Assembly (NCBI GenBank): GCA_038141925.1
Contig: JAYQJB010000002.1
Coordinates: 377,443 to 441,442, forward strand
Length of the DNA stretch: 64,000 nucleotides
Direction: 5' to 3'
Source of the DNA: Gammaproteobacteria bacterium
Lineage (GTDB): Bacteria > Pseudomonadota > Gammaproteobacteria > Magnimaribacterales > AG-339-G14
Positions 18,497 through 28,823 of this stretch are shown here, piece by piece. Made by a program: the position numbers and the translations under genes. A model generated the notes under the pieces. It ran no database searches. It had not been told where the DNA came from and saw nothing but the letters and a program-made list of their open reading frames with translations. How positions within the stretch are numbered: the stretch's first letter is position 1; each line of letters begins with the position of its first letter.

Positions 18497-19417
18497 TTAT
18501 CCAAGACTAGGATCGATGATTGGTTCTATGTAATCAATAATGGGATTATCACTTTCAGAAGAAATAAGTTCCCAAGAATCTGGAACTTCAATCAATTTTC
18601 TTAAAAGCAAGTTGTTTTGTGTATGTCCAGATTTATATCCTTCAAATTCTCCAATAAGATTATGTTGCAATAAATATAAGTCTCCGATTACATCCAAAAT
18701 TTTATGTTTAACTAACTCATCTTTAGATCGCAAACCTTCTTCGTTTAAGATTTCATTATCTTTGATAGCAATAGCATTTTTTTGACTGGCACCTAAGGCA
18801 AGAGAATTCTTTTTCAACGCTTCTAGTTCTTCCATAAAGCCATAAGTCCTTGATCTTGAAATTTCTTTTAAATAAGTCGTTGAATTAAAGTCAACTGTGG
18901 TTGTTCTAGAGTGACTTTTGCGCGCCTTGTCATCATAAACAAGCGAATGTGTTACTTTAAAACCGTCGTAAGGAGACAATTTCGCATAAGCACCATTATC
19001 GGTAGATATTGAGATTTCTTTTTTAATTTTTATAAACTTTTTTGGTTTTGTTTGTTCTTTAATACCTGCAGACTGTATTAAGAAAACAAAAGGACTCGCA
19101 CTACCATCCATAATTGGGACTTCGCAATCGTTTATTTCTACAGTGACGTTATCTATGCCTAAACCAGCAAAAGCAGACATCATATGTTCTACAGTAGCAA
19201 TCTCAATTTCTCCATCTTTTAATGTTGTTGCCATTGAAGTTGGCCCAACATTCTCAACTACTGCTTTTATTTCAACATTAGGCTCTAAATCAAATCTTCT
19301 AAAGACTACTCCTTGATCTTCTTCAGCTGGGAGGAGATTAATCGTTATTTTTCTTCCTGTATGAAGTCCAACTCCAGTTGCTTTTATAGGATTTGTAAGA
19401 GTTCTTTGTACCAACAT
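18497..19417 (-). CDS. lpxC: UDP-3-O-acyl-N-acetylglucosamine deacetylase
   Basis: 306 aa. QRTLTNPIKATGVGLHTGRKI N-terminus, TVEHMMSAFAGLGIDN, HKILDVIGDLYL. Confidence 0.97.
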   Translation of the reverse strand: MLVQRTLTNPIKATGVGLHTGRKITINLLPAEEDQGVVFRRFDLEPNVEIKAVVENVGPTSMATTLKDGEIEIATVEHMMSAFAGLGIDNVTVEINDCEVPIMDGSASPFVFLIQSAGIKEQTKPKKFIKIKKEISISTDNGAYAKLSPYDGFKVTHSLVYDDKARKSHSRTTTVDFNSTTYLKEISRSRTYGFMEELEALKKNSLALGASQKNAIAIKDNEILNEEGLRSKDELVKHKILDVIGDLYLLQHNLIGEFEGYKSGHTQNNLLLRKLIEVPDSWELISSESDNPIIDYIEPIIDPSLG

Positions 19418-19422
19418 TGCTT

Positions 19423-20121
19423 TTAAATTCTTTGTTTTCTGGCTTCAAATAGAATAACAGAACAAGCATTGGATACGTTAAGACTTTCTATCTGTTCATT
19501 CATGGGAATTCTTATCATTTCGTCTATATCTTTTTTTAGATTTGGTTTTATGCCTTCACCTTCAGACCCCATTATAATAGCCGTAGGTAAGTTATAGTCA
19601 CACTCGTAATAGTTTTTTTCAGCAGTTCCATCGCAACCAAGAATATTGAAATTTAAAGTTTTAAGATTTTTTAGTAGATACTTGATGTTATTAACAATAA
19701 CAAAAGGCATTATTTCTGAAGCACCCTTTGAAACCTTTCTTACTGTTTCGGTAAGATGACATGCTCTATTTTTGCTGACTATTACCGCATCTACATTTGC
19801 AGCTAAAGCAGTTCTTAATATAGAACCTACATTTTGTGGATCCATAACATGATCCAAAATCAGTAGAAGCGAATTCTCTTTTTGAATAATCAACTTTTCT
19901 AAAAAATTAATATCTTTTATTTGTGATGGTTTGAAAGTTGCTGATAGTTTTTTATCTGTATTAAATGAGATAGATAAATCTTTTTCTTCTGCAAGTGAAA
20001 TCAATTCCAAAGTTTTTTTATTATTTTTATCTTTTGGGATAGATAGCTCTTCAATATTTTGAGGAAGGTTATCAAGTAAAGTTTTGATAAAGTTTTGATC
20101 AATAGTTTCTAACTTTTTCAT
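19423..20121 (-). CDS. rlmB: SpoU/TrmH-family 23S rRNA 2'-O-methyltransferase (RlmB-like)
   Basis: 232 aa. DPQNVGSILRTALAANVDAVIV, IIMGSEGEGI, LNVSNACSVILFE. Located directly downstream of rnr, which is the usual rnr-rlmB pairing. Confidence 0.8.
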   Translation of the reverse strand: MKKLETIDQNFIKTLLDNLPQNIEELSIPKDKNNKKTLELISLAEEKDLSISFNTDKKLSATFKPSQIKDINFLEKLIIQKENSLLLILDHVMDPQNVGSILRTALAANVDAVIVSKNRACHLTETVRKVSKGASEIMPFVIVNNIKYLLKNLKTLNFNILGCDGTAEKNYYECDYNLPTAIIMGSEGEGIKPNLKKDIDEMIRIPMNEQIESLNVSNACSVILFEARKQRI

Positions 20122-20123
20122 AT

Positions 20124-22004
20124 CTAATTAATAACTTTCAAATCAATCCTTTTTCTAGAAGTTTCCACGGATTTTATTTTAATTTTAAATTTATCACCCA
20201 ATGCGTAAATATTTTGTTTATTTGCAGAGGCAAGAGAATGAGCTGTCGCATCATGAACATAATAAGGCGCTCTTTTAAGATTTTTTACATGACAAAACCC
20301 CTCAATATTAAGTTCACTGATATGCATAAATACGCCAAATTCCAATACCGCCACTACTTCTCCATAAAATTCTTTTCCGATGTGTTGTTCGGCACACTTA
20401 CAACTTAGATATTTAGAAGATTCCCTTACAATTTTCTCTGCTTCTCTATCTTTATCACTACAAATTGTAGCAATGCCATCTATTTCATCTTGAGAATAAG
20501 AGCTTCCTTTTTTTCAATAATCGACTTAATAACTCTATGCGTTACCAGATCCGAATACCTTCTTATTGGAGATGTAAAATGACAGTATTCTTCAAGTCCA
20601 AGAGCAAAATGGTTACTTTCTTTTCCTGAATAGACAGCAAGCTTCATACTTCTTAAGATCTGATATATCAAAGAAAAGGATTTTTCTTTTTGTTTGATCT
20701 CTTTTAGCCAAGCGTTGAGTTTCTTTCTAGGATTAGATTCAGTCATGCCTTTACGAAGACCTCTTGCTTTAAGAAATTCTTTAAGCTTTTCCAATTCATG
20801 ATAATCCGGGTTATCGTGGTGTCGGAATGGAATAGGTTTTTTAAGTTTTTTAGTTAATTTTGCTGCACAAATATTTGCCAGAATCATAGATTCTTCTATG
20901 ACTTCATTTGCTAGTAGATGATTTATCGATTTGAACTTAATTATTTTGTTATCTTTGCCAACAGGCCTATATTCAGGAAGATAAAAATCTATTGCCTTCC
21001 TTTCTTCTCTTATTTTTCTTCTCAAAGCATGTATTTTTTTTAGAGAACTCAAATTAGACACGATATCATCTGAAAGAGCTGTTTGACCTTTTTGATAAAA
21101 TTTTTCAACCTCATCATAGGTGAGACGATTCTTAGAACAGATAATAGAATTGAAAAATTCATAGGATTTTATTTCTCCTTTTCTATCTAGATAAATTTCG
21201 CAAGTTAAAACCAACTTATCTTCGTTAGGCCTCAATGAACAAAGTTTATTTGATATAAGTTCTGGCAGCATAGGGATAACTTTTTTTTTCAAAATAAACC
21301 GAGGTGGCTCTAGACAAAGCTTCTTTATCTAGCGAAGAATCTTGAAGCACATATTCGGAAACGTCTGCTATTGCTACATACAAAAGATAGCCATCGGAAC
21401 TTTCCTTAGCATACACAGCATCATCAAAATCCTTCGCATTGCTTCCATCAATGGTCACAAAATTTAAACTTCTCAGATCTTTTCTGGAGTTGATATCTTG
21501 TTTTGAAATATCTCTTTTGATCTTGTTGCATTCGTTAATAATAGATTTGGACCATTCGGTAGAAAGCTCGGTTCCATTAGTTGCAAAAATAAAAGCCTCC
21601 TCAAATACATCACTGCTTTTTAAGGTTTTGATAGGCTTTGCTTTGGGCTTGTACTTTAGAGATGGTTGAGATGTTATTTTTACTTCACAAATTTCATTTG
21701 ATTTGAAATTCTTCAAATTCTTGCCCTCTAACAGGATATCGAGATGAAAACTTTTGTCTAGACTGGTTAGAAAGGTCTTGCCTTTATACTTCTTAATAAT
21801 ACCCGTAAGCTCACGGGTATTCCTCTTCAAAACTTCCTTAATTTTTGCCTTGCTACCAGGCATTTTTTGACAGACAACTTCATCGCCTGGAAAAACTTTG
21901 AACATTTCTCTATTCGATAAAGACAGAAATTCATCCTCTGAATACTTTACCCTCCCTCTGCCCGATTTATTTAAAAATACCGTGGCTTTGAAATTTTCTT
22001 TCAT
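20124..22004 (-). CDS. rnr: ribonuclease R; two frame breaks at T-runs
   Basis: RNB motifs DFDDAVYA, IPMLPELISNKLCSLRPNEDKL and FTSPIRRYSDLVTHR, plus a C-terminal S1 domain. Three collinear pieces join at the T9 run 21281-21289 and the T7 run 20508-20514. Total 1881 nt, i.e. 627 codons. Confidence 0.9.
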
Positions 22005-22073
22005 TGATTCAATTATACTGCCCTTGGTAATCTATAAAGCGATTTAATTTTTAATGTATATTGATAGAAATAT

Positions 22074-22550
22074 ATGACCACCCCAGATTTAAGTGATAAG
22101 TATCCCCACGTAGATTTTTTAAATTTGCAGTTTACGAATTTTGGTAAAAAAGGTTTTTTTTCAGGAAAAATTGAAACAGCAATTTGCCCTGATGATAATT
22201 CAAAAGTAAAGCAAGTTTTAGGTGAAGAGGGTGACGGAAAAATTTTGATCGTTGATGGTCAAGGTAGTACCAGAGTTGCCTTAATGGGAGACATGATTGC
22301 AGAGTCTGCGGAAAAAAATAATTGGCAAGCTGTCATAATAAATGGCTGTGTGAGAGATGTTGAGGCCCTGTCTAATTTCAAGATTGGAATATTTGCTTTG
22401 GGCTCAGTTCCAAAAAAAAGTGAAAAAAAGGATCGAGGCGAAATAGGAATCAATATTAAATTTGGGGGTATCTCAATTGAATCTGGAAATTGGGCTTATG
22501 CTGATGAAAGCGGGATATTAATTTCCAAGGAACAGTTAGATTTAGATTAG
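22074..22550 (+). CDS. rraA: RraA family protein (RNase E regulator / HMG aldolase fold)
   Basis: 158 aa. GKILIVDGQGSTRVALMGDMIAESAEKNNWQAVIINGCVRD is the characteristic RraA core. Confidence 0.85.
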   Translation: MTTPDLSDKYPHVDFLNLQFTNFGKKGFFSGKIETAICPDDNSKVKQVLGEEGDGKILIVDGQGSTRVALMGDMIAESAEKNNWQAVIINGCVRDVEALSNFKIGIFALGSVPKKSEKKDRGEIGINIKFGGISIESGNWAYADESGILISKEQLDLD

Positions 22551-24982
22551 ATTTTTATCTCTTCTGTAATTGAAATATCTCTTACAGAAGTCCCTATATG
22601 AATGACGTAATTCCCTTTAGCAATTTCCCATTTAGAATTTTTTACATTCCATTCTGAGAGATCTCTTTTAGAAACTTTTAAAGTTAATTTCTTAGATTTG
22701 TTTTCTAAAACTTTTAACTTTTTAAAATCTACAAGTTTCCTTTTCGGTGTCTCTGCCTTCACTGCCTTTCTTTCTAGATAGCATTGCACAGTTTCAGAAG
22801 CAGAAAAGTCACCAATATTTTTAAGTTTTATTTTAATTTTTATTTCGTGTTTCTTCTTTGTAACAGAAACCTTTTTTAATTTAAATTTTGAGTAAGATAA
22901 ACCGTGACCGAAAGGAAAAAGAGGTTCAATTTTTTTCTTGTCGTACCATTTATAACCAACCAATAATTTTTCTTTGTAGTCCATTTGCAAGTTTTTACCT
23001 GGATAAGAAGAATATGCCGGCGTATCAGATAGTTTTTTGGGGTAAGTTGTAGGCAACTTACCACTTGGACTTTCTTTGCCAAATAATATTTCTGCTAAAG
23101 CATTTCCAAACTCCTGTCCTGGAAACCAAGTTTGTAAAATTGCTGGGCATGACTTTATCCAAGGCATGCTTACAGGAGATCCGGTATTTATGACCAAAAC
23201 TGTATTTTTATTTGTAGCTAAAATCTTTTTGATAAGAGCATCCTGCTCGCCTGGAAGGCTTAAACTTTTTCTATCATTGCCTTCTGTTTCCCAATCCGAA
23301 TTTGTGCCTACAACCAGAACTACCGCATCAGATTGCTTTGCTACTTTGACTGCTTCTTCAAGCAAATTTTTTGGATCAGGCGGTCTGCAGCCAAATTGTA
23401 TGGCTGGAAATCTTCCTTCAAATTCATACTCAACTTCTACTAGATATTCTCTTCCCTTGGAAAGTTTTATTTTGTTTCGCTTTGGAGCACAAGCAAAACC
23501 AAAAAAAGCTTCTCCTTTTTTTTGAGATGACCAATTATCAACTAACTCCTTTCCATTGATTTTGATTCTGGATAAACCAATACTAAAAACCTCAAACTCA
23601 AATTCTCCTGAAATCTTTGGTTTATAAGTAGTAGAAAATTTAACAGATAATTCAGGCCTTTCCTTTTCATCCAAGCACTCTCTTGCAAATCCTTGCAACG
23701 CCCAAAATCTATTTCCACTTAAAACTTGTTTTGCTATTGCCTTTCCATCAAAAGTTTTTCCTCGAAAAAACTCGACTTCAAATCCATTTTCTTTTTTTTC
23801 TGGAACGTAAGAGCATTCTTTTTCTAAAGCAGGGAAATATTTATCAACATGACAACCTTTTGCATAATTTATTTTTACTTTTTCATCCTTTAAGAAATTT
23901 GAAATTCCCTCTAAAGGATGAACTTCGTAATGAGGTTTTAAACCAGCACTTCCGCCACCGATAATTTGACTGTCTTTTACGTTTGGACCGATAAGTGCAA
24001 TTTTAGAGATTTTGGTTTTATCAAAAGGTAGTACTTCTTCATTCTTTAAAAGAACCATTCCTTCAGTAGCGGTTTTTTTAATAAGTTCGCGATGAGACCT
24101 ATTATCAATGCTTTTCTCTGCAACTCTTTTTTTGTTGAACCTATTAGTGAACTTTGCAACATTGAGAATTCTCTTCACTTTCTCATCAATTGCTCCTTCT
24201 TCAACAAGTCCATCTTTAACTGCATCGACTAGGCTTTCCCCCCAAGATTTTGCTGGCCCAGGCATTTCTAAATCTAGACCGCCATTGGCATTTTCCACAG
24301 TTTCTAATGCAGCTCCCCAGTCACTCACAACATAACCGTCAAATTTCCATTCTTTTTTTAAAATTTGATTTATTAACTCATCGTGAGAACTGCAATAAAT
24401 ATTATTTACTTTGTTATAGGCTGACATTACGACTTTAGCTTTAGCTTTTTTTATTCCCATTTCAAAAGGATATAAATAAAGTTCTCTTAATGTTTTTTCA
24501 TCTATGTTGGAACTAACAAGGTGTCTTTCAAATTCAGTATCGTTTCCAGCAAAATGCTTCAAACAAGCAGCAACTCCCTTACTTTGAACACCAGATACAT
24601 AAGAGCAGGCAATTTTTGAAGTTAAAACAGGATCTTCTGAATAACACTCAAAATGACGACCCCCAAGCGGGTGACGATGTAAATTTATAGTAGGAGCTAG
24701 AAGAACATCAACATCCTTATATAAGGCTTCCTCACCTGTAGCCGAGCCAATTTTTTTAATTAGTTTTTCATTCCAAGTTGCTCCTAAAAGAATAGGGCTA
24801 GGAAAACAAGCTGAAGTTTGAGGAGTACTGGAGTCTCCTCTTACTCCGTTTGGACCATCGGACATTTTTATTTTTGGTATTCCATATTTTTTAATATCCG
24901 GGGTATGCCAGTTATCAAAACCTGATAACAAAGATACTTTTTCTTCAAGAGATAGTTTGGAAATTATTTTTTTTAATTTCAT
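22547..24982 (-). CDS. glycoside hydrolase family 3 beta-glucosidase with PA14-like insert
   Basis: 811 aa. LSLEEKVSLLSG, KHFAGND, the YVVSDWGA nucleophile motif, and a C-terminal fibronectin-like domain. No obvious signal peptide. Confidence 0.9.
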   Translation of the reverse strand: MKLKKIISKLSLEEKVSLLSGFDNWHTPDIKKYGIPKIKMSDGPNGVRGDSSTPQTSACFPSPILLGATWNEKLIKKIGSATGEEALYKDVDVLLAPTINLHRHPLGGRHFECYSEDPVLTSKIACSYVSGVQSKGVAACLKHFAGNDTEFERHLVSSNIDEKTLRELYLYPFEMGIKKAKAKVVMSAYNKVNNIYCSSHDELINQILKKEWKFDGYVVSDWGAALETVENANGGLDLEMPGPAKSWGESLVDAVKDGLVEEGAIDEKVKRILNVAKFTNRFNKKRVAEKSIDNRSHRELIKKTATEGMVLLKNEEVLPFDKTKISKIALIGPNVKDSQIIGGGSAGLKPHYEVHPLEGISNFLKDEKVKINYAKGCHVDKYFPALEKECSYVPEKKENGFEVEFFRGKTFDGKAIAKQVLSGNRFWALQGFARECLDEKERPELSVKFSTTYKPKISGEFEFEVFSIGLSRIKINGKELVDNWSSQKKGEAFFGFACAPKRNKIKLSKGREYLVEVEYEFEGRFPAIQFGCRPPDPKNLLEEAVKVAKQSDAVVLVVGTNSDWETEGNDRKSLSLPGEQDALIKKILATNKNTVLVINTGSPVSMPWIKSCPAILQTWFPGQEFGNALAEILFGKESPSGKLPTTYPKKLSDTPAYSSYPGKNLQMDYKEKLLVGYKWYDKKKIEPLFPFGHGLSYSKFKLKKVSVTKKKHEIKIKIKLKNIGDFSASETVQCYLERKAVKAETPKRKLVDFKKLKVLENKSKKLTLKVSKRDLSEWNVKNSKWEIAKGNYVIHIGTSVRDISITEEIKI

Positions 24983-25002
24983 AACAGATTGAAGAGTATA
25001 CT

Positions 25003-25383
25003 TTGTTAAATTGCTTTTTGAGAATGCCTTTTTTTATTGTTTTATTTTTTTACATAACAATTTCCATTTATCAGATCAGCGCCGTCACAGATGCTTTAAA
25101 ACTTATCTTTATGGTTGAAAGTACATTTCTTGAAGGTATTTTATTTATCATCTCTCTTTTTCTTACCTTTACTCCTTTTCTAGGTCCAATTTTAGGCATC
25201 ATAGGAGCAACATTTGTCTGGGAGTGGAATATTTTATTTTCCGCGTTACTTTTTTTCTGGCCATATCTAATTGGATTTTTGTTTTTTTTCTTAAGAAATA
25301 AAAGTTTGGGAAAAAAGAATACAAAAAGCCAAGACTCAAATATAGAAGATGCTCAAATAATCAAAGAAGAGAAATTTAAATAA
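25003..25383 (+). CDS. hydrophobic membrane protein, hypothetical
   Basis: 126-aa ORF with about 4 hydrophobic segments and a charged tail. The ATG at 25024 is a plausible alternative start. No family recognised. Confidence 0.5.
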   Translation: MLNCFLRMPFFIVLFFYITISIYQISAVTDALKLIFMVESTFLEGILFIISLFLTFTPFLGPILGIIGATFVWEWNILFSALLFFWPYLIGFLFFFLRNKSLGKKNTKSQDSNIEDAQIIKEEKFK

Positions 25384-25386
25384 TAT

Positions 25387-25462
25387 TGGAGCTGGCGATT
25401 GGATTCGAACCAACGACCGCCTGATTACAAATCAGGAGCTCTACCAACTGAGCTACGCCAGC
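25387..25462 (-). tRNA. tRNA-Thr (anticodon TGT)
   Basis: Reverse complement folds as acceptor GCTGGCG/CGCCAGC, D arm GCTC..GAGC, anticodon stem CCTGA/TCAGG with loop TTTGTAA, T loop TTCGAAT, encoded CCA. Confidence 0.95.
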
Positions 25463-25506
25463 AAATCAGATGAAGATGATATATTAATTAAAAAATAAAT
25501 TGCAGA

Positions 25507-26295
25507 TTAATTTATATTTATCGAAACCTCTCCAGAAGATATTTTTTTTGTTTTATTACCCATTCTGACATTTAGAGATCCATCGGAATTTACATCTAGA
25601 GCAGTGCCTTCTCTATTAACTGAATTTGAGAGAAAAACTTTTTTGTCTTTTAAAAAATTTAATTTATTGAAATCTTTTACAAAGCCATCAAAACCTTTTT
25701 TTTCAAAATTTAATTTTGATAGTAAGACTTCGTTTGCTATCTCAGATATTATTTCGTTTCTATCGATTTCGATATTCTCAAATTCCAATTTAAGAGAAGT
25801 CCAGTCTCTCTCAATTTCTGTATTATTTTTCATAAAAATATTTAAGCCAATTCCCACAACAATTAAATTTTTCTTATCCCTTGTAAAAGTCTCTATTAAG
25901 ATTCCCCCAATTTTCTTTTTATTCAAGTAAATATCATTAGGCCATTTAATTTCAGTAAAAATATTTTGCCTTAATAGAACATTGTGCACTGCAAGAGCTG
26001 ATACCAAACTAAAAGAGCTGAAAGTCTTCAATTCTTGATTGGTAGAAAAACTCAGAGACATATAGATATTTTCATACTTGGGGCTTTGCCATTTTTTCAA
26101 ATTTCTTCCCCTACCTTTTGTTTGGCTTTCTGCTACGCACAGACAGTATTTATTTGGATTTGCAAACTCAATAAGGTAATCATTAGTTGAGACTAGTTCT
26201 TCAGAAAGCGATAAATCCCACTCAAAATCACTCTTTTTTTTAAGAAAATTAAAGATTTTTTCTTCTTTTAATGTATTTTGTTTGACATCTTTCAT
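25507..26295 (-). CDS. birA: biotin--[acetyl-CoA-carboxylase] ligase, no N-terminal DNA-binding domain
   Basis: 262 aa. SQTKGRGRNLKKW biotin/ATP loop and KWPNDIYLNKKKIGGILIE. Confidence 0.9.
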   Translation of the reverse strand: MKDVKQNTLKEEKIFNFLKKKSDFEWDLSLSEELVSTNDYLIEFANPNKYCLCVAESQTKGRGRNLKKWQSPKYENIYMSLSFSTNQELKTFSSFSLVSALAVHNVLLRQNIFTEIKWPNDIYLNKKKIGGILIETFTRDKKNLIVVGIGLNIFMKNNTEIERDWTSLKLEFENIEIDRNEIISEIANEVLLSKLNFEKKGFDGFVKDFNKLNFLKDKKVFLSNSVNREGTALDVNSDGSLNVRMGNKTKKISSGEVSININ

Positions 26296-26310
26296 GTGTG
26301 CTCAGAGAAT
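26282..26310 (+). promoter_or_regulatory. candidate promoter for tRNA-Tyr (TTGACA, 17-nt spacer, GAGAAT)
   Basis: TTGACA at 26282-26287, 17-nt spacer, GAGAAT at 26305-26310. The predicted start is a few nt before the tRNA 5' end at 26324. It overlaps the birA start codon on the other strand. Confidence 0.45.
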
Positions 26311-26323
26311 ACACAACTCTATA

Positions 26324-26407
26324 GGAGGGGTTGGGGAGCGGTCAAACCCATCTGACTGTAAATCAGACGCTTCGGCTTCGCAGGTTCGAATCCTGCCCCC
26401 TCCACCA
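26324..26407 (+). tRNA. tRNA-Tyr (anticodon GTA)
   Basis: Acceptor GGAGGGG/CCCCTCC, anticodon stem TCTGA/TCAGA with loop CTGTAAA, long variable arm, T loop TTCGAAT, encoded CCA. Confidence 0.95.
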
Positions 26408-26413
26408 AAAGTG

Positions 26414-26442
26414 TTGCATTTAAAGCAAAATTTAAGTATAAA
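26414..26442 (+). promoter_or_regulatory. candidate internal promoter (TTGCAT, 17-nt spacer, TATAAA) ahead of tRNA-Thr/tuf
   Basis: TTGCAT at 26414-26419, 17-nt spacer, TATAAA at 26437-26442, within the 114-nt tRNA-Tyr/tRNA-Thr spacer. The AT-rich background makes this weak. Confidence 0.35.
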
Positions 26443-26521
26443 GCCGTTCGGAGCATCGGGTGTTGAGAGTTATTTTATTTTCTACTTTTCTTATACCGTC
26501 TCCTAAGACATTAAAGGAATT

Positions 26522-26597
<76 letters not shown>

Positions 26598-26628
26598 TTA
26601 AATAAAGTTTTTTAAAGAGGAATAAAAA

Positions 26629-27822
26629 ATGGCTAAAGAAAAATTCGAAAGAACCAAACCGCATTTAAATGTGGGTACTATTGGTCACGTAGATCATGGT
26701 AAAACGACTTTAACAGCTGCTTTAACTAAAGTGTGTGCCGAAGCTCAAGGTACAGGTGAAGCAATTGCTTTTGATGGTATCGATAATGCTCCTGAAGAAA
26801 GAGAAAGAGGAATTACGATTGCTACTTCTCACGTAGAGTACGATTCTACTGCAAGACATTACGCTCATGTAGACTGCCCAGGACACGCTGACTACATTAA
26901 GAATATGATTACAGGTGCTGCACAAATGGATGGCGCTATCCTTGTTGTAAATTGTGCCGATGGCCCAATGCCTCAAACAAGAGAGCACATTCTTCTTGCT
27001 AGACAAGTGGGCGTTCCTTACATTGTCGTTTACCTTAACAAAGCCGATCAAGTTGATGATGCAGAACTTATTGAGCTCGTAGAGGTAGAGGTCAGAGATC
27101 TATTGAATGAATATGAATTTCCTGGAGATGACACCCCTATAATTATAGGTTCAGCTCTTAAAGCTCTTGAAGGAGAAGATTCAGAACATGGAGTTCAATC
27201 TGTTCAAAAGCTTGTTGAGGCGCTTGACTCTTACATTCCAGAGCCAACCAGAGAAACTGATAAGCCTTTTCTAATGCCAATTGAAGATATTTTTTCAATT
27301 CAAGGAAGGGGAACGGTTGTTACTGGAAGAATTGAGAGAGGAGAAGTCAAAGTTAATGACGAAATGGAAATAGTTGGTATTAAAGATACTGAAAAAACTG
27401 TTTGTACAGGAGTTGAAATGTTTAGAAAGCTTTTAGATGAAGGAAAAGCCGGAGAAAACGTTGGAGTCCTATTAAGAGGAACAAAAAGAGAAGATGTGGA
27501 AAGAGGACAAGTTCTTTCTGCGCCTGGCTCAATTACCCCTCACACAAAATTTGAAGCTCAAGTATATGTTCTAAGTAAAGAAGAGGGAGGAAGACATACT
27601 CCTTTCTTCAAAGGGTACAGACCTCAGTTTTATGTAAGAACTACTGATGTAACTGGCGAAGTAACTCTCCCTGATGGTGTAGAAATGGTTATGCCAGGAG
27701 ATGACGTTGCAGTAACAGTAGAGCTTATTTCTCCAGTAGCAATGGAAGATGGTATGAAGTTCGCTATCCGTGAAGGTGGAAGAACTGTTGGTGCCGGAGT
27801 AGTTTCTAAAATTATTCAATAG
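26629..27822 (+). CDS. tuf: elongation factor Tu
   Basis: 397 aa. [28 protein letters not shown] Shine-Dalgarno upstream. Confidence 0.99.
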   Translation: MAKEKFERTKPHLNVGTIGHVDHGKTTLTAALTKVCAEAQGTGEAIAFDGIDNAPEERERGITIATSHVEYDSTARHYAHVDCPGHADYIKNMITGAAQMDGAILVVNCADGPMPQTREHILLARQVGVPYIVVYLNKADQVDDAELIELVEVEVRDLLNEYEFPGDDTPIIIGSALKALEGEDSEHGVQSVQKLVEALDSYIPEPTRETDKPFLMPIEDIFSIQGRGTVVTGRIERGEVKVNDEMEIVGIKDTEKTVCTGVEMFRKLLDEGKAGENVGVLLRGTKREDVERGQVLSAPGSITPHTKFEAQVYVLSKEEGGRHTPFFKGYRPQFYVRTTDVTGEVTLPDGVEMVMPGDDVAVTVELISPVAMEDGMKFAIREGGRTVGAGVVSKIIQ

Positions 27823-27896
27823 GCCAGTAGCTCAATTGGTAGAGCGGCGGTCTCCAAAACCGCAGGTTGGGGGTTCAATTCCCTCCTGGCCTGCCA
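27821..27896 (+). tRNA. tRNA-Trp (anticodon CCA)
   Basis: Acceptor AGGCCAG/CTGGCCT, anticodon loop CTCCAAA, T loop TTCAATT, discriminator G plus encoded CCA. The first two nt are the AG of the tuf TAG stop. Confidence 0.95.
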
Positions 27897-27942
27897 GAAA
27901 GAGAAGCCCTCTTCTTGAAGAGCATGGTACGAGAGGAGCTAG

Positions 27943-28284
27943 ATGATTCTAAGTAAAGGTCTTTGGTTAGTAGGATTGGCAATTATTGCTACTGCAGTTT
28001 GGGGCAATTCCTATTACAGCGATTTTGGTCTTCTTTATAGAGTTATAGGAGTTATAGCTTTATTTTCATTAGGCCTATTTGTACTGAGATTTACCGAGTG
28101 CGGATCTGTTGCTTTCCAAACTATAAAACAGTCTGCAACTGAAATCCGCAAAGTAGTATGGCCCAATAGAACTGAGACAACTCAAACTACTCTTATAGTT
28201 GTAGGTGTAGTCATAGTTGCTGCTCTTATTTTATGGGGCTTAGATTCTCTTTTTTCTTTTGTAATGAGTTTAATCTTAGGGTGA
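27943..28284 (+). CDS. secE: preprotein translocase subunit SecE
   Basis: 113 aa with three TM segments. EIRKVVWPNRTETTQTTLIVV conserved segment. Position tuf-secE-nusG. Confidence 0.95.
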   Translation: MILSKGLWLVGLAIIATAVWGNSYYSDFGLLYRVIGVIALFSLGLFVLRFTECGSVAFQTIKQSATEIRKVVWPNRTETTQTTLIVVGVVIVAALILWGLDSLFSFVMSLILG

Positions 28285-28287
28285 TAA

Positions 28288-28821
28288 ATGTCTAAAGCTT
28301 GGTACATCATAAATTCTTATTCCAACTACGAAAATAAGGCTAAAGAGCAACTTTTAGAAAGAATTAAATTAGAAAAAATGGAAGATCATTTTGGCAGGAT
28401 AGAAATACCAGTTCATGAAGTTGTTGAATTGAAAGGAGGAAAAGAGAAGATTACAGAAAAAAAATTCTTTCCTGGGTATATCTTAGTTGAGATGGAAATG
28501 AATGATGAAACTTGGCATTTGGTTAAAGAGACTCCCAGAGTGCTCGGTTTCATTGGCGGTACAAAAAATAATCCCAAGCCGATTTCCGATGCTGAAGCAG
28601 CAAAGATTTTAAATCAAATGGAGCATGGAATAGAGGAGACATCACAAGGCACTGTCTATGAACCTGGAGAAATGATTAGAGTTATAGACGGCCCATTTAA
28701 TGACTTTAGTGGAGTTGTAGAAGAAGCTGATAACCAAAAGGGTAAAGTAAAAGTTGCTGTAATGATCTTTGGAAGATCAACTCCTGTTGAATTGGACTTT
28801 TCTCAAATTGAAAGAGGATAA
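28288..28821 (+). CDS. nusG: transcription termination/antitermination factor NusG
   Basis: 177 aa. [14 protein letters not shown]-terminus and KOW region [16 protein letters not shown]. Confidence 0.97.
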   Translation: MSKAWYIINSYSNYENKAKEQLLERIKLEKMEDHFGRIEIPVHEVVELKGGKEKITEKKFFPGYILVEMEMNDETWHLVKETPRVLGFIGGTKNNPKPISDAEAAKILNQMEHGIEETSQGTVYEPGEMIRVIDGPFNDFSGVVEEADNQKGKVKVAVMIFGRSTPVELDFSQIERG

Positions 28822-28823
28822 AT

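Noticed and set aside
26282-26506. 74-aa ORF spanning the tRNA-Tyr gene.
   Set aside because: It reads straight through a well-folded tRNA and the following spacer. No coding signal.
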